The position numbers and the translations under genes are program-made. Positions 28,344-41,695 of a stretch of 64,000 nt of DNA are shown piece after piece. Where the stretch lies: contig CACHTK010000001.1 in assembly GCA_902582765.1 (NCBI GenBank), positions 5,870 through 69,869 of the forward strand. The letters run 5' to 3'. The stretch's first letter is position 1; each line of letters begins with the position of its first letter. The notes beneath the pieces were generated by a model that worked only from the letters and a program-made list of their open reading frames with translations, did not search any database and had not been told where the DNA came from. This DNA is from an uncultured Pelagibacteraceae bacterium. Lineage in GTDB: Bacteria; Pseudomonadota; Alphaproteobacteria; Pelagibacterales; Pelagibacteraceae.

Positions 28344-31300
28344 ATGAGTAAAGAATTATCAGATCTTTTTAAATCCTCAGAAATATCAGAGGCACAAAAT
28401 TTTAATAGTATTAAAATCACTTTAGCTAGTCCTGAAAAAATTAAGTCATGGACTTTTGGAGAAATAAAAAAACCTGAAACAATTAATTATAGAACATTTA
28501 GACCAGAAAAAGATGGTCTTTTTTGTGCAAGAATATTTGGTCCAATAAAAGATTATGAGTGCTTATGTGGAAAATACAAAAGAATGAAGTTTAGAGGTAT
28601 AATTTGTGAAAAGTGTGGTGTCGAGGTTACAAAATCAAATGTTCGTAGAGAAAGAATGGGTCATATTAATTTAGCAACACCAGTTGCCCACATCTGGTTT
28701 TTAAAATCACTACCCAGCAGAATTTCTCTGGTTGTTGACATGAAATTAAAAGAAGTAGAGAGAGTTTTATATTTTGAAAATTTTATTGTAATAGAGCCTG
28801 GATTAACTGGATTAAAGAAGAACCAGTTATTGGGTGAAGAAGAACTTATTAAATATCAAGACGAATACGGTGAAGAAGCTTTTACAGCAGGAATAGGTGC
28901 GGAAGCTATATTAGAAATTCTAAAATCAATTAATCTTGAAGAAGAAAGAAATCTTTTAATAAAAAATATAAAAGAAACAAAATCAAAAGTTAATGAAGAA
29001 AGATCTATTAAACGATTAAAATTAATAGAGTCATTTATCGATACGGGTAACAAACCTGAGTGGATGATATTAACTACTGTTCCTGTTATACCCCCAGAAC
29101 TAAGACCGCTTGTACCTTTAGACGGAGGTAGATTTGCAACATCAGACCTAAATGATCTTTATAGAAGAGTGATTAATAGAAATAACAGGTTGAAAAGGTT
29201 AATAGATTTAAAAGCTCCTGATATTATTGTTAGAAATGAAAAGAGAATGTTACAAGAATCGGTAGATGCTCTATTTGATAATGGTAGACGTGGAAGAGTG
29301 ATTACTGGAACTAATAAGAGACCTCTAAAATCACTTGCAGAAATGTTAAAAGGTAAACAAGGACGTTTCAGGCAAAATTTACTTGGCAAACGTGTTGATT
29401 ACTCTGGTAGATCAGTAATAGTTGTAGGTCCTGATTTAAAATTGCATGAGTGCGGTCTACCTAAAAAAATGGCTTTAGAATTATTTAAACCTTTCTTATA
29501 CGCAAGATTAAATAAACTAGGTTTAGCCTCAACAATTAAGCAAGCAAAGAAACTTGTAGAAAAAGAACGAACAGAAGTTTGGGATGCCTTAGAGCTTATA
29601 GTAAGAGAACATCCGGTAATATTGAATAGAGCTCCAACATTGCATAGATTAGGTGTTCAAGCTTTTGAGCCTAAATTAATTGAAGGTAATGCAATTGAAC
29701 TTCATCCATTAACTTGTGCTGCATTTAATGCTGATTTTGATGGAGATCAAATGGCTGTTCATGTACCATTAAGCTTAGAGGCACAATTAGAAGCTAGAGT
29801 TTTAATGATGTCCACAAATAATATATTAAGTCCATCTAATGGTAAGCCTATAATTGTACCGAGTCAGGATATGATCCTAGGTATATATTATCTTTCTCAA
29901 CCACCAGTACAGACTAAAAAAGTAGATGGATATTTTGTAAATACGTCTGAAATTGAACATGCACTTGAATCAGGACAGATCAAGGTACATTCAAGAATAG
30001 TATCAAGATTTGAAACTATCGATGAGAAAGGAAATGCAAAATTTGAAAAACATATTAGTACAGCTGGAAGATTTTTATTATCAAACATAATTCCAAAAAA
30101 TGTGAATAATAAATTTTCTTTGATTGATAGACTACTACCAAAAAAAATAGTTTCAGAAGTTATTGATCATGTGTTTAGATTCTCTGGTCAGAAAAGTACG
30201 GTAATATTTTGTGATAAATTAAAAGATATTGGATTTAAGCATGCATTCAAGGCTGGAATATCATTTGGGAAAGATGATCTTTTAATACCAGATAATAAAG
30301 AACAATTAATTGATGAGACTAAAAAACTTATTGCAGACTATGAAGGTCAATATGCAGAAGGTCTCATAACAAGAGGAGAAAAGTACAACAAAGTTATCGA
30401 TGCTTGGTCAAAATGTACAGACAGAGTTGCATCTGAAATGATGAAAAGAATTTCAGCAACTGAAGTTACAGAAGAAGGTTTAAAAATTAATTCAGTATTT
30501 ATGATGGCTGATAGTGGTGCTAGAGGTTCAGCAGCCCAGATGAAACAATTAGCTGGAATGAGAGGTTTAATTGCAAAGCCATCAGGTGAGATTATTGAGA
30601 CACCGATAACATCTAATTTTAAAGAGGGTCTTACAGCTCTAGAATATTTTAACTCAACACACGGAGCTAGAAAAGGATTGGCTGATACGGCACTTAAAAC
30701 TGCTAGCTCAGGTTATTTAACTAGAAGATTGTGTGATGTTGCACAAGATTTAACAATTACAAAAAAAAAATGTGACAATCCAAGTTATATAAAACTTTCA
30801 GAGGTTTTAGAAGGTGGAAATATTATGGTAAGTCTATCCGAAAGAGCTTTAGGAAGGGTTACAGCAACTGATGTTAAGAATCCATTGTCAGGAGAAATAA
30901 TAATTAAAAAAGAAGAGATGATAGATGAAGCTGCTTGTGAAAAAATTGATGCAGCTGGGGTTAAAACATTAAATGTTTATTCGGTTATGACGTGTAGTTC
31001 AAAAGATGGTGTATGCGCAACATGTTATGGAAGAGATTTGTCTAGGGGAAAAATGGTTCATGTTGGTGAAGCGATAGGTATGATATCTGCACAATCAATT
31101 GGTGAACCAGGAACACAGCTAACTATGAGAACTTTCCACGTTGGTGGTACAGCTTCAGTGAAGCAAGAGTCACAAATTGTATCAAGTTCTGAGGGAACTC
31201 TTAAAATTGTAAATACAAACTTAATTAAAGACTCAAAAAACAATCAAATTGTTATGGGAAGAAATACAGAAATATCGATACAAGATGATAATGGATTACA

Positions 31301-32507
31301 AGTTGCATCTTATAAAGTCCCATATGGTTCAAAACTATTTTTTGAAAATGACCAAAAAATTAAAAAGGGTGCAAAAATTTGTGAGTGGGATCCATACACA
31401 ACACCAGTGATTGCTGAAAAGGATGGTATTGCAAATTATGTAGATTTAATTGATGATGTTTCAATAGCTGAAACTATTGATGATGCAACTGGCATTTCAA
31501 CAAAAGCTGTAGTTGATTGGAAAACACAATCTAAAAATACTGATCTAAAACCTAGAATAACTCTAAGAGATTCAAAAGGAAATGTAATCAAGAAAGCAGA
31601 TGATAACGAAGCAAGATATTATTTAGTTCCAGACTCTATTTTGTCAGTTAAAGATGGAGCAAAAATTTCAGCTGGTGATGTAATTGCGAGACTACCAAAA
31701 GAAACTACCAAAACGAAAGATATTACTGGTGGCTTACCTAGAGTTGCAGAATTATTTGAAGCAAGAAAAGCTAAAGATAGTGCAATAATAGCCGAAAATG
31801 ACGGTAGTGTTATTTTTGGAAAAGAAGTGAGAGGAAAACAAAGAGTAACAATAGAGTCTGAAAATGGCGATAGTTCAAGTTATTTAATTCCAAAAGGTAA
31901 ACATATAAATTTTAACCAGGGTGAAAAAATCAAAAAAGGTGAATATTTGCTTGACGGTCAACCATTGCCTCATGATATTCTCAGAATATTAGGTATAGAA
32001 GAATTAACAGAATATTTTGTGAACCAAGTTCAAGATGTCTATAGACTTCAAGGTGTTATAATTAATGACAAGCATATTGAAACTATTCTAAGACAAATGT
32101 TGAAAAAAATAGAGGTAAAAGAAACAGGAGATAGTAAATTATTACCTGGTGAAATTATAGACAGAATCAAATTTGAAACAATGAATGAGGAATTAGTGTC
32201 TGAAGGCAAAAAGCCTGCAGTTGGTGAAAGAGTTTTAATGGGAATAACCAAAGCATCTTTGCAAACTGAATCGTTTATATCAGCCGCTTCATTCCAGGAA
32301 ACAACAAGAGTACTAACAGATGCTGCAATAAAAGGAAAAGTTGACAAGTTAACTGGATTAAAAGAAAATGTTATTGTAGGTAGACTTGTACCTGCCGGTA
32401 CTGGTTCAATAAAAAATAATTGGAATAAAAAAGCTATTGAAGACGATCAGAAATTTTTATCTGAGCAAGAAGGCAAGGAAGCCTCTGAAGCTCAATTAAA
32501 CCAATAA
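28344..32507 (+). CDS. rpoC: RNA polymerase beta' subunit
   Basis: [10 protein letters not shown] catalytic motif; zinc finger. Confidence 0.99.
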   Translation: MSKELSDLFKSSEISEAQNFNSIKITLASPEKIKSWTFGEIKKPETINYRTFRPEKDGLFCARIFGPIKDYECLCGKYKRMKFRGIICEKCGVEVTKSNVRRERMGHINLATPVAHIWFLKSLPSRISLVVDMKLKEVERVLYFENFIVIEPGLTGLKKNQLLGEEELIKYQDEYGEEAFTAGIGAEAILEILKSINLEEERNLLIKNIKETKSKVNEERSIKRLKLIESFIDTGNKPEWMILTTVPVIPPELRPLVPLDGGRFATSDLNDLYRRVINRNNRLKRLIDLKAPDIIVRNEKRMLQESVDALFDNGRRGRVITGTNKRPLKSLAEMLKGKQGRFRQNLLGKRVDYSGRSVIVVGPDLKLHECGLPKKMALELFKPFLYARLNKLGLASTIKQAKKLVEKERTEVWDALELIVREHPVILNRAPTLHRLGVQAFEPKLIEGNAIELHPLTCAAFNADFDGDQMAVHVPLSLEAQLEARVLMMSTNNILSPSNGKPIIVPSQDMILGIYYLSQPPVQTKKVDGYFVNTSEIEHALESGQIKVHSRIVSRFETIDEKGNAKFEKHISTAGRFLLSNIIPKNVNNKFSLIDRLLPKKIVSEVIDHVFRFSGQKSTVIFCDKLKDIGFKHAFKAGISFGKDDLLIPDNKEQLIDETKKLIADYEGQYAEGLITRGEKYNKVIDAWSKCTDRVASEMMKRISATEVTEEGLKINSVFMMADSGARGSAAQMKQLAGMRGLIAKPSGEIIETPITSNFKEGLTALEYFNSTHGARKGLADTALKTASSGYLTRRLCDVAQDLTITKKKCDNPSYIKLSEVLEGGNIMVSLSERALGRVTATDVKNPLSGEIIIKKEEMIDEAACEKIDAAGVKTLNVYSVMTCSSKDGVCATCYGRDLSRGKMVHVGEAIGMISAQSIGEPGTQLTMRTFHVGGTASVKQESQIVSSSEGTLKIVNTNLIKDSKNNQIVMGRNTEISIQDDNGLQVASYKVPYGSKLFFENDQKIKKGAKICEWDPYTTPVIAEKDGIANYVDLIDDVSIAETIDDATGISTKAVVDWKTQSKNTDLKPRITLRDSKGNVIKKADDNEARYYLVPDSILSVKDGAKISAGDVIARLPKETTKTKDITGGLPRVAELFEARKAKDSAIIAENDGSVIFGKEVRGKQRVTIESENGDSSSYLIPKGKHINFNQGEKIKKGEYLLDGQPLPHDILRILGIEELTEYFVNQVQDVYRLQGVIINDKHIETILRQMLKKIEVKETGDSKLLPGEIIDRIKFETMNEELVSEGKKPAVGERVLMGITKASLQTESFISAASFQETTRVLTDAAIKGKVDKLTGLKENVIVGRLVPAGTGSIKNNWNKKAIEDDQKFLSEQEGKEASEAQLNQ

Positions 32508-32535
32508 ATTTAACGCTTTTTTCACTTTATTTAGT

Positions 32536-32563
32536 TTGACAAATACAATTTCTAATGTATTTT
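32536..32563 (+). promoter_or_regulatory. Putative sigma70 promoter of the str operon
   Basis: TTGACA at 32536 with TATTTT at 32558. Confidence 0.5.
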
Positions 32564-32626
32564 GGCCATGTTTTTGGTTGGAATGTAGTGACTAGATCAC
32601 TAAACGCTGCCACAAATAACATGCCA
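32563..32626 (+). ncRNA. Structured rpsL leader (candidate ribosomal-protein autoregulatory RNA)
   Basis: Outer pairing CATGTT/AACATG encloses the hairpin TAGTGA-ctaga-TCACTA; an rpsL leader motif is known in Pelagibacter/Rickettsiales-like bacteria. Confidence 0.55.
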
Positions 32627-32669
32627 GTTATTTTCATCAAAAATAAAATATTATTAAATAAAATTAATT

Positions 32670-33041
32670 ATGCCGACTATTAACCAGTTAGTTAGAAAAA
32701 GTAGAGTAAAACAAATAACAAGAAATAAAGTTCCAGCTTTACAAAAACAACCTTTAAAAAGAGGTGTATGCGTAAAAGTTTATACTACTACACCCAAGAA
32801 ACCAAATTCAGCATTAAGAAAAGTTGCACGTGTTAGGTTATCTAATGGGTTTGAAGTAACTGCCTACATACCAGGTGAAGGACATAATTTACAAGAACAC
32901 TCGGTTGTTTTAATTAGAGGTGGTAGAGTAAAAGACTTACCAGGTGTTCGTTATCATATTCTTAGAGGAAATTTAGACACTCAAGGTGTTGCAAATAGAA
33001 AACAAAGACGTTCTTTATACGGAACAAAAAAAGGGAAATAA
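32670..33041 (+). CDS. rpsL: 30S ribosomal protein S12
   Basis: [21 protein letters not shown]. Confidence 0.99.
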   Translation: MPTINQLVRKSRVKQITRNKVPALQKQPLKRGVCVKVYTTTPKKPNSALRKVARVRLSNGFEVTAYIPGEGHNLQEHSVVLIRGGRVKDLPGVRYHILRGNLDTQGVANRKQRRSLYGTKKGK

Positions 33042-33044
33042 CAA

Positions 33045-33515
33045 ATGTCCAGAAAAAGAAAAGCACCAAAAAAATTAGCTGCTATTGATCCAAAATATAA
33101 ATCTACAATAATTCCAAAGTTAATAAACTCAATAATGTATGATGGTAAAAAGACAATTGCAGAAAAAATTATCTATGACGCTATTGAAAAAATTAAGAGT
33201 AAATCAAAAGATGAGCCTTTAAATGTTTTTAATGATGCAATTAATAATATAAGACCGACTGTAGAGGTTAGATCAAGAAGGGTTGGAGGAGCAACTTATC
33301 AAGTTCCAGTTGAAGTAAAATCAAAACGATCTCAAGCTCTTGCCCTGAGGTGGTTAGTTGATGCATCAAGAAAACGTAAAGATAAAAAGATGTCTGATAA
33401 AATATTTAATGAAATTTATGATGCTTACCAAAATAGAGGTTCAGCAATAAAAAAAAAAGAAGATACACACAAAATGGCAGAGTCGAACAAAGCTTTTGCT
33501 CACTTTAGATGGTAA
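33045..33515 (+). CDS. rpsG: 30S ribosomal protein S7
   Basis: EVRSRRVGGATYQVP. Confidence 0.99.
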   Translation: MSRKRKAPKKLAAIDPKYKSTIIPKLINSIMYDGKKTIAEKIIYDAIEKIKSKSKDEPLNVFNDAINNIRPTVEVRSRRVGGATYQVPVEVKSKRSQALALRWLVDASRKRKDKKMSDKIFNEIYDAYQNRGSAIKKKEDTHKMAESNKAFAHFRW

Positions 33516-33521
33516 TTTAAT

Positions 33522-35597
33522 ATGTCAAGAACACATACTTTAGATAAATACAGAAATATTGGCATCATGGCTCATATAGATGCAGGTAAGACTACAACCA
33601 CTGAAAGAATTCTTTACTATACAGGAAAAAGTCACAAAATAGGTGAAGTTCATGATGGTGCCGCAACAATGGATTGGATGGAACAAGAACAAGAAAGAGG
33701 TATTACCATTACATCTGCTGCAACAACTTGTTTTTGGAATGATCACAGAATAAATATTATAGACACGCCAGGTCATGTTGATTTTACTATTGAAGTTGAG
33801 AGATCTTTAAAGGTATTAGATGGTGCAGTGGCTGTATTTGACGGTGTAGCTGGTGTAGAACCTCAATCCGAAACTGTATGGAGACAAGCTGATAAATATA
33901 AGGTTCCTAGAATATGCTTTGTAAATAAATTAGATAGAACTGGTGCAGATTTTTTTAGATGTGTAGACATGATTAAAGAACGGCTTGGAGCAAAGCCATT
34001 AGTAATGCAAGTTCCTATTGGAGTAGAAGCTTCTCTAAAAGGTGTGGTGGATCTTATTAAAATGAAAGCTGTTGTTTGGAAAAATGAAGACCTAGGTGCT
34101 GCTTGGGAATTAGTAGATATTCCTGAGGATTTAAGAGAGATCTCTAACAAATATCGACAAGAATTAGTTGAAACTGCTGTTGAGCAAGATGAGCAGTTAA
34201 TGGAAAATTATCTTGGTGGTAAAGATATATCAGAGGAGGACCTTATAAAGTGTATCAGAAAAGGATGCTTGGGTTTTGACTTTGTTCCTGTACTTACGGG
34301 ATCAGCATTTAAAAATAAAGGTGTACAACCTTTATTAGATGCCGTTGTAAATTATTTACCAAGTCCAAATGATATAGGATTTATTAAAGGAACTAAACCT
34401 GGATCTGATGATGAAATTGAAATGAAATTTGACGACAGTGCACCGTTTTCTGCTTTGGCATTTAAAGTTGCAAATGACCCTTTTGTTGGGAGTTTAACAT
34501 TTATTAGGATTTATTCTGGAACAGTAAAATCAGGAACAGGAATATATAATACCTCAAAAGATAAAGAAGAAAGAGTTGGCCGAATGCTATTGATGCATGC
34601 TAATTCAAGAGAAGATATTAAAGAAGCTAATGCTGGAGATATTGTAGCACTAGCAGGTTTAAAAAACACAATCACAGGTCATACGCTTGCTGATAAGGAA
34701 AACCCAGTGCTACTGGAGCCAATGGAATTTCCAGATCCTGTAATTGAGATTGCTGTTGAACCTAAAACCAAAGCCGACCAAGAAAAAATGGGTGAAGCTT
34801 TAGGTAGATTAGCAAAAGAGGATCCATCTTTTAGAGTAACATCTGACGAAGAATCAGGGCAAACAATAATAAAGGGTATGGGTGAACTTCACCTAGATAT
34901 AATTGTTGATAGGATGAAAAGAGAATTCAAGGTTGAAGCTAATGTTGGAGCGCCTCAAGTAGCATATAGAGAAACAATTCTCTCTCTAGCTGAAAATGAT
35001 TACACTCATAAAAAGCAAAGCGGTGGTGCGGGTCAATTCGCTAGGGTTAAACTTATAGTAGAGCCACTTGAACCTGGCAAAGGAAGAGAAATTGAAAGTA
35101 AGATTAAAGGCGGCGCTATACCAAAAGAATTTATTCCAGGAGTTGAAAAAGGAGTCGAAACAGTCGCTGATGGAGGTATACTAGCTGGCTTCCCTTTAAT
35201 TGATTATAAAGTAACTATTGTTGATGGCTTACATCATGATGTTGATTCAAGTGTTCTGGCTTTTGAATTAGCTTCAAGACAATGTTTTAAAGAAGCCTGC
35301 ACAAAAGCAACACTTAAATTACTTGAACCTATAATGAGAGTAGAAGTTGTAACCCCCGAGGATTATATGGGTGATGTGATAGGTGATTTAAATAGCCGAA
35401 GAGGTCAAATTAGTACACAAGAACAAAGAGGAAATGCGACTGTTATAACTGCAATGGTGCCTTTAGCAAATATGTTTGGATATATAAATAATTTAAGATC
35501 AATGTCGCAGGGAAGAGCTCAATATTCAATGTTTTTTGATCATTACGATAAAGTTCCTCAAAATGTTCAAGACGAAGTTACAAAAAAAACAGGATAA
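33522..35597 (+). CDS. fusA: Elongation factor G
   Basis: [24 protein letters not shown]. Confidence 0.99.
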   Translation: MSRTHTLDKYRNIGIMAHIDAGKTTTTERILYYTGKSHKIGEVHDGAATMDWMEQEQERGITITSAATTCFWNDHRINIIDTPGHVDFTIEVERSLKVLDGAVAVFDGVAGVEPQSETVWRQADKYKVPRICFVNKLDRTGADFFRCVDMIKERLGAKPLVMQVPIGVEASLKGVVDLIKMKAVVWKNEDLGAAWELVDIPEDLREISNKYRQELVETAVEQDEQLMENYLGGKDISEEDLIKCIRKGCLGFDFVPVLTGSAFKNKGVQPLLDAVVNYLPSPNDIGFIKGTKPGSDDEIEMKFDDSAPFSALAFKVANDPFVGSLTFIRIYSGTVKSGTGIYNTSKDKEERVGRMLLMHANSREDIKEANAGDIVALAGLKNTITGHTLADKENPVLLEPMEFPDPVIEIAVEPKTKADQEKMGEALGRLAKEDPSFRVTSDEESGQTIIKGMGELHLDIIVDRMKREFKVEANVGAPQVAYRETILSLAENDYTHKKQSGGAGQFARVKLIVEPLEPGKGREIESKIKGGAIPKEFIPGVEKGVETVADGGILAGFPLIDYKVTIVDGLHHDVDSSVLAFELASRQCFKEACTKATLKLLEPIMRVEVVTPEDYMGDVIGDLNSRRGQISTQEQRGNATVITAMVPLANMFGYINNLRSMSQGRAQYSMFFDHYDKVPQNVQDEVTKKTG

Positions 35598-35599
35598 AT

Positions 35600-35908
35600 A
35601 TGGAAAAACAAAATATTAGAATTAAATTAAGGGCATACGATAACAAAGTATTAGACCAATCGACTGAAGAAATAGTAAATACAGTTAAAAGAACAGGTGC
35701 TAATATAAAAGGTCCAATACCACTACCAACAAAAAAAGAGAGATATACAGTACTAAGATCACCCCATATTGACAAAAAAAGTCGAGAACAATTTGAAACT
35801 AGAACGCATAAAAGATTAATTGATATTATAGAACCAACCCCGGCAACAGTTGAAGCATTAATGAAATTAGATTTAGCATCAGGTGTAGATGTGGAGATTA
35901 AAATATAA
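35600..35908 (+). CDS. rpsJ: 30S ribosomal protein S10
   Basis: [20 protein letters not shown]. Confidence 0.99.
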   Translation: MEKQNIRIKLRAYDNKVLDQSTEEIVNTVKRTGANIKGPIPLPTKKERYTVLRSPHIDKKSREQFETRTHKRLIDIIEPTPATVEALMKLDLASGVDVEIKI

Positions 35909-36615
35909 TGAGTGAGATTGGATTAATTGGAAAAAAAATAGGAATGACTAGAGAATTTTTTAAGACAGGACAATCAATTCCAGTGACCGTCCTTAAAGTC
36001 GAAAAAGGTAGGGTCATTCAATTATTAGATAATGAGAAGAGAGGATACAGTGCTATTCAATTAGGTTTTGGAAAGATTAAAAATTCTAAATTATCTAAAT
36101 CAATGAAGGGGTATTTCTCTAAAAAAAACACAGAGGCAAAAAAAATATTAAAAGAATTCAGAGTGAAAAATCTTAACGAGTATAAAGAGGGAAATGAATT
36201 TGGAATTGAAATTTTTAAAGACACGAAATTTTTAGATATAAAATCTAAAACAATTGGAAAAGGATTTGCAGGGGCAATGAAGAGACATAATTTTGGTGGA
36301 TTAAGAGCATCACATGGAGTTTCGGTTTCTCATAGAGCACACGGTTCAACGGGACAAAATCAAGATCCAGGTAAAGTATTTAAAGGGAAAAAAATGGCAG
36401 GACATATGGGTGACAAGATTAGAACAATGCAAAACCTTGAAATAATTAAAACTGATATTGAAAATGAACTAATTTATTTAAAGGGTTCAATACCTGGGAG
36501 TAAAAACACTGAGGTTTTAATGAAAAAATCTGTAAAAAATATTAAAAAATTAACAATTGGTGAGAAAATTGAAATTCAAGAAAAGTCAAAAAAAAGTAAA
36601 GATAAAAAAAAATAA
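35908..36615 (+). CDS. rplC: 50S ribosomal protein L3
   Basis: [23 protein letters not shown]. Confidence 0.98.
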   Translation: MSEIGLIGKKIGMTREFFKTGQSIPVTVLKVEKGRVIQLLDNEKRGYSAIQLGFGKIKNSKLSKSMKGYFSKKNTEAKKILKEFRVKNLNEYKEGNEFGIEIFKDTKFLDIKSKTIGKGFAGAMKRHNFGGLRASHGVSVSHRAHGSTGQNQDPGKVFKGKKMAGHMGDKIRTMQNLEIIKTDIENELIYLKGSIPGSKNTEVLMKKSVKNIKKLTIGEKIEIQEKSKKSKDKKK

Positions 36616-36618
36616 TTT

Positions 36619-37239
36619 ATGAAAATAAACAAACTAACAATTGACGGAAAAAAAGACACGATTGATGTTTCTGATAAAATTGTAGCTGCAAAAATTAATA
36701 ATAAACTTGTAAGTAATGTTTTGTATAAAACTAATGCAAATTACAAAGGAAGAAAAGCTAAGACAAAACAGAAAAATGAAATAAGTGGATCTACAGCTAA
36801 AATATATGCTCAAAAAGGAACAGGTAATGCTAGACACGCTAGTAAAAAAGCCCCAATATTTGTTGGAGGTGGGATTGCACACGGACCAAAGGGTGAGAAA
36901 AACTATAAAAAAAGAAAACTTAATAAAAGTGAAAAAAAATTAAGTATTGCCTCTTTAATAACAAAAAAAAATAAATCAAATGAATTAATAATTCTAGATG
37001 ATTTTCAAAAAGAAATTCAAAAAACAAAAGAGATGAATAATCTACTCATAAAATTTGAGGCAAAAAATTCAATAATTATAGCAGACATAAAATCAAAAAA
37101 TAACATTATAAAATCAGCTAGAAATATTCCTAATGTAAAAATTACAGATGTAAACCATTTTAGCGCTTACGATTTAGCAAAATTTAAAAAAATAATTTTT
37201 ACAGAAACGTCTATTAAAGAATTAGAGAAGAGATATTAA
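36619..37239 (+). CDS. rplD: 50S ribosomal protein L4
   Basis: QKGTGNARH, GGGIAHGPK. Confidence 0.98.
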   Translation: MKINKLTIDGKKDTIDVSDKIVAAKINNKLVSNVLYKTNANYKGRKAKTKQKNEISGSTAKIYAQKGTGNARHASKKAPIFVGGGIAHGPKGEKNYKKRKLNKSEKKLSIASLITKKNKSNELIILDDFQKEIQKTKEMNNLLIKFEAKNSIIIADIKSKNNIIKSARNIPNVKITDVNHFSAYDLAKFKKIIFTETSIKELEKRY

Positions 37240-37240
37240 T

Positions 37241-37534
37241 ATGGAAAAGTTGCACTTATATGATAAAATAATTTCTCCACTTGTTACGGAGAAATCAACA
37301 AATCTTTCAGATCAGAATAAAATTATTTTTAAGGTTCACTTAGGAGCAAACAAAATGAATCTAAAAAAAAATATCGAGAAAATATTTAAAGTAAATGTAA
37401 TAAAAGTTAATATTATAAATAAAAAAACTAGAATCAAAATCACAAGGGGAAAGAAAGTAAGAGTAAAAGGATTTAAAAAAGCAATTATAACATTAAAAAA
37501 AGGTCAAAATATTGATCTCACAACAGGAATTTAA
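37241..37534 (+). CDS. rplW: 50S ribosomal protein L23
   Basis: PLVTEKS, KKAIITL. Confidence 0.97.
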   Translation: MEKLHLYDKIISPLVTEKSTNLSDQNKIIFKVHLGANKMNLKKNIEKIFKVNVIKVNIINKKTRIKITRGKKVRVKGFKKAIITLKKGQNIDLTTGI

Positions 37535-37537
37535 AAA

Positions 37538-38371
37538 ATGGCGTTAAAAACTTTTAAACCATATACAAAGAGTACTAGAGGGACTATTCTTGTCAGTAGA
37601 GAAGGTTTATGGAAAGGTAAACCATTCAAATCTTTAACATCACAGAATAATTCATCAAAAGGAAGAAATAATTATGGAAGGATAACATCTAGAAATCATG
37701 GTGGTGGCCATAAACACAAATATAGACAAATTGATTTTTATAGAAGAAAAATAGATTCTATGGCCGAAGTAGAGAGAATTGAGTACGATCCCAATAGGTC
37801 TTGCCATATTATGCTAGTAAAATTTGAAGATAATAAAAGATTTTATTATTTAGCACCTAAAGATATTAAGATTGGCGACAAAATTCAAAACGGATCAAAC
37901 TCAGAAATAAGAATTGGAAACTGTCTTCCACTAAAAGACATACCAGTAGGTATTGACATACACAATGTTGAAATTAATCCAGGTGGTGGAGGTAAAATAG
38001 CAAGATCTGCAGGAACTTCAGTATCAATTTCAGGAATAGATGGAAATTATTCAATAATAAAGATGACATCAGGAGAAGTTAGAAAAATTAACTCAAACTC
38101 AATGGCAACAATTGGTGTACTTTCTAACCCTGATCAAAAAAATATAAAAATTGGTAAAGCAGGTAGATCAAGATGGTTAGGTATAAGACCCCACACAAGA
38201 GGTGTAGTAAAAAATCCAGTTGACCATCCTCATGGCGGTGGTGAAGGTAAATCTGCAGGAGGAAGACATCCAGTATCTCCAACAGGGCAATCAGCAAAAG
38301 GATTAAAAACAAGAGACAATAAGAGAACAGATAAATTTATAATAAGACGAAGAAAGAAGAAAAGAGCGTAA
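37538..38371 (+). CDS. rplB: 50S ribosomal protein L2
   Basis: IEYDPNRS, NPVDHPHGGGEG. Confidence 0.99.
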   Translation: MALKTFKPYTKSTRGTILVSREGLWKGKPFKSLTSQNNSSKGRNNYGRITSRNHGGGHKHKYRQIDFYRRKIDSMAEVERIEYDPNRSCHIMLVKFEDNKRFYYLAPKDIKIGDKIQNGSNSEIRIGNCLPLKDIPVGIDIHNVEINPGGGGKIARSAGTSVSISGIDGNYSIIKMTSGEVRKINSNSMATIGVLSNPDQKNIKIGKAGRSRWLGIRPHTRGVVKNPVDHPHGGGEGKSAGGRHPVSPTGQSAKGLKTRDNKRTDKFIIRRRKKKRA

Positions 38372-38374
38372 TTT

Positions 38375-38671
38375 ATGGCTAGATCAGTGTGGAAAGGACC
38401 ATTTGTAGAAGAAAGCTTGATAAAAAAAGTTGAAAAATCAAAAAACGATCCAATAAAAAAACCTATCAAAACGTGGTCCAGAAAATCTACGATAATTCCT
38501 GATTTTGTTGGAATAAGTTTTTTAATTTATAATGGAAAAAAATTCATACCAATAACAATATCAGAAGATATGGTTGGTCATAAATTTGGAGAATTCGCAC
38601 CAACAAGACAATTTTTTGGCCATACACCTGCAGATAAAAAAGCAAAAGTAGAAGGCGGAGCTAAAAAATAA
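38375..38671 (+). CDS. rpsS: 30S ribosomal protein S19
   Basis: [21 protein letters not shown]. Confidence 0.98.
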   Translation: MARSVWKGPFVEESLIKKVEKSKNDPIKKPIKTWSRKSTIIPDFVGISFLIYNGKKFIPITISEDMVGHKFGEFAPTRQFFGHTPADKKAKVEGGAKK

Positions 38672-39066
38672 TGAGTAAAATAAAAAAAGTTATTGACACC
38701 AAAACTGTAAAATCGGTAAACAAAAATGTACGATCAAGTACAAGAAAATTAAATCCAATTTTAAAATCGATTGTTGGAAAAAAAGTAGATGTAGCAATTC
38801 GAGATTTAACTTTCTCTGATAAAAGAATTTCAAAAGATATTAAAAAAACAATCTCTTCAGCAGTAGCCAATGCAGAAAATAATTATCAATATGATATAGA
38901 TAAATTGATTGTGAAAGAGGCTTACAGTGGAAAACAAGTAGTGATGAAAAGATTCAGAGCTAGAGCAAAAGGTAGAGCTGCAGAGATAATGAAACATTAT
39001 TCCAATGTGACAATTATATTAACAGAAAAAACAAAAAAAATGGAGAGTCATGGGACAAAAAGTTAA
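38671..39066 (+). CDS. rplV: 50S ribosomal protein L22
   Basis: [20 protein letters not shown]. Confidence 0.97.
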   Translation: MSKIKKVIDTKTVKSVNKNVRSSTRKLNPILKSIVGKKVDVAIRDLTFSDKRISKDIKKTISSAVANAENNYQYDIDKLIVKEAYSGKQVVMKRFRARAKGRAAEIMKHYSNVTIILTEKTKKMESHGTKS

Positions 39067-39709
39067 TCCAGTTGGATTAAGATTAGGTATTAACAGAGGA
39101 TGGGACTCTGTTTGGTATGCTAAAAAAAAAGATTTTGGCAACAATCTTATTGAGGATTTTAAGATAAGAGATTACATAAAGAAAAATGTAGTTAACTCTG
39201 GAGTTTCTAAAGTTATGATAGAAAGAACTACTAAAAAATGTTTTGTAACGATTTATACATCTAGACCTGGTTTTGTTATTGGTAAAAAAGGTACTGATAT
39301 TGAAAAAATAAAAGGAAATTTATCAAAACTAACCTCCAATGAGGTTGTTTTAAATATTAAAGAAGTAAAAAAACCTGAGACTAATAGCTATTTAGTTGCA
39401 GAAAATATTGCTCAACAATTAGTAAAAAGAGTTTCATATAGAAGAGCTATGAAAAGAGCAATGCAATCTGCAATAAGATTGGGTGCTAAAGGTATTAAAG
39501 TGTCAATAAGTGGTAGGCTAGGTGGGAATGAAATAGCAAGAACAGAATGGTTAAGAGAAGGTAGCATTCCCTCACATACATTAAGAGCCGATATAGATTA
39601 TTCTGAAGCAGAGGCATTAACAACATATGGAATTATTGGAATAAAGATTTGGATATATAAAGGCGAAATATTTACAAAAGAATTTAGCCAAGAAAGGAAC
39701 AAGTCATAA
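39050..39709 (+). CDS. rpsC: 30S ribosomal protein S3
   Basis: [25 protein letters not shown]. Confidence 0.99.
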   Translation: MGQKVNPVGLRLGINRGWDSVWYAKKKDFGNNLIEDFKIRDYIKKNVVNSGVSKVMIERTTKKCFVTIYTSRPGFVIGKKGTDIEKIKGNLSKLTSNEVVLNIKEVKKPETNSYLVAENIAQQLVKRVSYRRAMKRAMQSAIRLGAKGIKVSISGRLGGNEIARTEWLREGSIPSHTLRADIDYSEAEALTTYGIIGIKIWIYKGEIFTKEFSQERNKS

Positions 39710-39710
39710 T

Positions 39711-40118
39711 ATGTTACAGCCTACTAGATCAAAATTTAGAAAAGCTCATAAAGGAAGAATTCATGGTAGTGCATCAAGGTGTAATGTTATGAACTATGGT
39801 TCATTTGGGCTAAAAGCAATTCAGCCTGAAAGAATTATCTCAAGACAGATAGAAGCAGCTAGAGTAGCGTTAACAAGACATATGAAAAGACAAGGAAGAG
39901 TTTGGACAAGAATGTTTCCAAATATCCCAGTATCAAAAAAACCGACAGAAGTTAGAATGGGAAAAGGTAAAGGATCACCAGAATTTTGGGCTTGTAGAGT
40001 TAAACCAGGAAGAATTTTATTCGAGGTTGATGGTGTTTCTGAACTAGTTGCTAAGGAGGCATTGTACAAAGCATCTGCAAAATTACCAATTAAATGTAAA
40101 TTTATTAAGAGAATATAA
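39711..40118 (+). CDS. rplP: 50S ribosomal protein L16
   Basis: [13 protein letters not shown]. Confidence 0.99.
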   Translation: MLQPTRSKFRKAHKGRIHGSASRCNVMNYGSFGLKAIQPERIISRQIEAARVALTRHMKRQGRVWTRMFPNIPVSKKPTEVRMGKGKGSPEFWACRVKPGRILFEVDGVSELVAKEALYKASAKLPIKCKFIKRI

Positions 40119-40119
40119 A

Positions 40120-40308
40120 ATGAAAAAAAAAGAGATTAAAAAATTAACAAAACAACAAAAGCTTGAAAATATTGTTAAATTAAAAAAAGATTTATTTAAT
40201 TTTAGATTTCAAAAGGTAAATGGCCAGGTTAAAAGTCCAGCAAAGATTACAGAAACTAAAAAAAATATAGCAAGAATTAAATCAATGTTAGAGGTAAAAA
40301 ATGCCTAA
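40120..40308 (+). CDS. rpmC: 50S ribosomal protein L29
   Basis: [15 protein letters not shown]; start at ATG 40120. Confidence 0.93.
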   Translation: MKKKEIKKLTKQQKLENIVKLKKDLFNFRFQKVNGQVKSPAKITETKKNIARIKSMLEVKNA

Positions 40309-40537
40309 AAAGGTTTTAAACGGAACTGTAGTAAGTGACAAACCAAACAAAACTATAACAGTTTTAGTTGAAAGAAAATACCAACACCCAGTTTTAAAAA
40401 AAGTCATGAGGGCTAGAAAAAAATATAATGCTCATGATGAAGAAAATAAATTTAAAATTGGAGATAAGGTGTCAATAAGAGAAAGTAGACCCTTTTCAAA
40501 AAATAAAAAATTTGAGGTAATTGGAGAGACTAAATGA
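40301..40537 (+). CDS. rpsQ: 30S ribosomal protein S17
   Basis: GTVVSDK, AHDEEN, RPFSKNK. Confidence 0.98.
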   Translation: MPKKVLNGTVVSDKPNKTITVLVERKYQHPVLKKVMRARKKYNAHDEENKFKIGDKVSIRESRPFSKNKKFEVIGETK

Positions 40538-40902
40538 TACAAGTGCAAACAGAATTATTAGTTGCAGACAACACAGGTGCAAAAAAAATCGAGTGTATTA
40601 AAGTCTTAGGTGGCTCTAAAAGAAGGTATGCTAGCATAGGCGATACAATTGTTGTTGCTGTTAAAGAAGCGATACCTAAAGGAAAAGTTAAAAAAGGAGC
40701 AGTGCATAAAGCAGTAGTTGTAAGAGTTAAAAAAGGTATTCACAGGAATGATGGATCCAAGGTAAGATTTGATAATAACGCGGCAGTACTTACTGATGAC
40801 AAAGGTGAACCCATCGGTACTAGAATTTTTGGTCCAGTAACAAGAGAGCTTAGAAATAGAGGTCAAATGAAAATTATTTCTTTAGCGCCTGAGGTCTTGT
40901 AA
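40534..40902 (+). CDS. rplN: 50S ribosomal protein L14
   Basis: [23 protein letters not shown]. Confidence 0.99.
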   Translation: MIQVQTELLVADNTGAKKIECIKVLGGSKRRYASIGDTIVVAVKEAIPKGKVKKGAVHKAVVVRVKKGIHRNDGSKVRFDNNAAVLTDDKGEPIGTRIFGPVTRELRNRGQMKIISLAPEVL

Positions 40903-41141
40903 TGATTAAAAAAGGTATGAAAGTGAAAATTTTAACTGGTAAGGATAAGAATAAAGAAGGCGAAGTGATGGAAATTGATAGAAAAAACAATAGAGCGAAA
41001 ATAAAAGGCATAAATATTGTAAAGAAGCACGTAAAAACTACTAAGGAAAAAAAAGGTGGAATAGTTTCTAAAGAAAACTTTATAAACCTATCTAATTTAA
41101 AAAATACTGAAATAATTAAAAAAGTTGAGGCTAAAAAATAA
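40902..41141 (+). CDS. rplX: 50S ribosomal protein L24 (short)
   Basis: KOW motif VKILTGKDK; synteny. Confidence 0.95.
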   Translation: MIKKGMKVKILTGKDKNKEGEVMEIDRKNNRAKIKGINIVKKHVKTTKEKKGGIVSKENFINLSNLKNTEIIKKVEAKK

Positions 41142-41695
41142 TGGAACCAAGACTTAAAGAAATAATTTTTAAAGAAATAAATCCAAGTTTAAAAGAAATG
41201 TTTGGGTATAAAAGTTTGTATATGGGTCCAAAAATAGAAAAAATTGTTCTGAATATGGGTTTAGGTCTAGATGGAAATGATTTAAAAATTATAAAATCTT
41301 GCCAAGAGGATCTTGCAAGCATAACGGGTCAAAAACCTGTAATTACAAAATTTAGAAAATCAATTGCAAACTTTAAAACAAGAAAAAATACTAACTCTGG
41401 AATAAAAGTAACATTAAGAAAAAATAAAATGTACGAATTCATTGATAGACTAGTTAATATAGCTTTGCCTAGAATTAAAGATTTTAGAGGATTGAATGCA
41501 AGTGGATTTGATAAATATGGAAATTATACATTTGGTATTAAAGAACAAATAATTTTTCCAGAAGTTAATTTTGATAAAGTAGATAAAATAAGAGGTTTGG
41601 ATATAACGATTGTTATCAAATCACTTGATAAGAAGCACAGTTTTGAACTTCTTAAAAAGTTAAATTTTCCGTTTAAAGAAGAAAGGAATAACTAA
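41141..41695 (+). CDS. rplE: 50S ribosomal protein L5
   Basis: [15 protein letters not shown]. Confidence 0.98.
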   Translation: MEPRLKEIIFKEINPSLKEMFGYKSLYMGPKIEKIVLNMGLGLDGNDLKIIKSCQEDLASITGQKPVITKFRKSIANFKTRKNTNSGIKVTLRKNKMYEFIDRLVNIALPRIKDFRGLNASGFDKYGNYTFGIKEQIIFPEVNFDKVDKIRGLDITIVIKSLDKKHSFELLKKLNFPFKEERNN

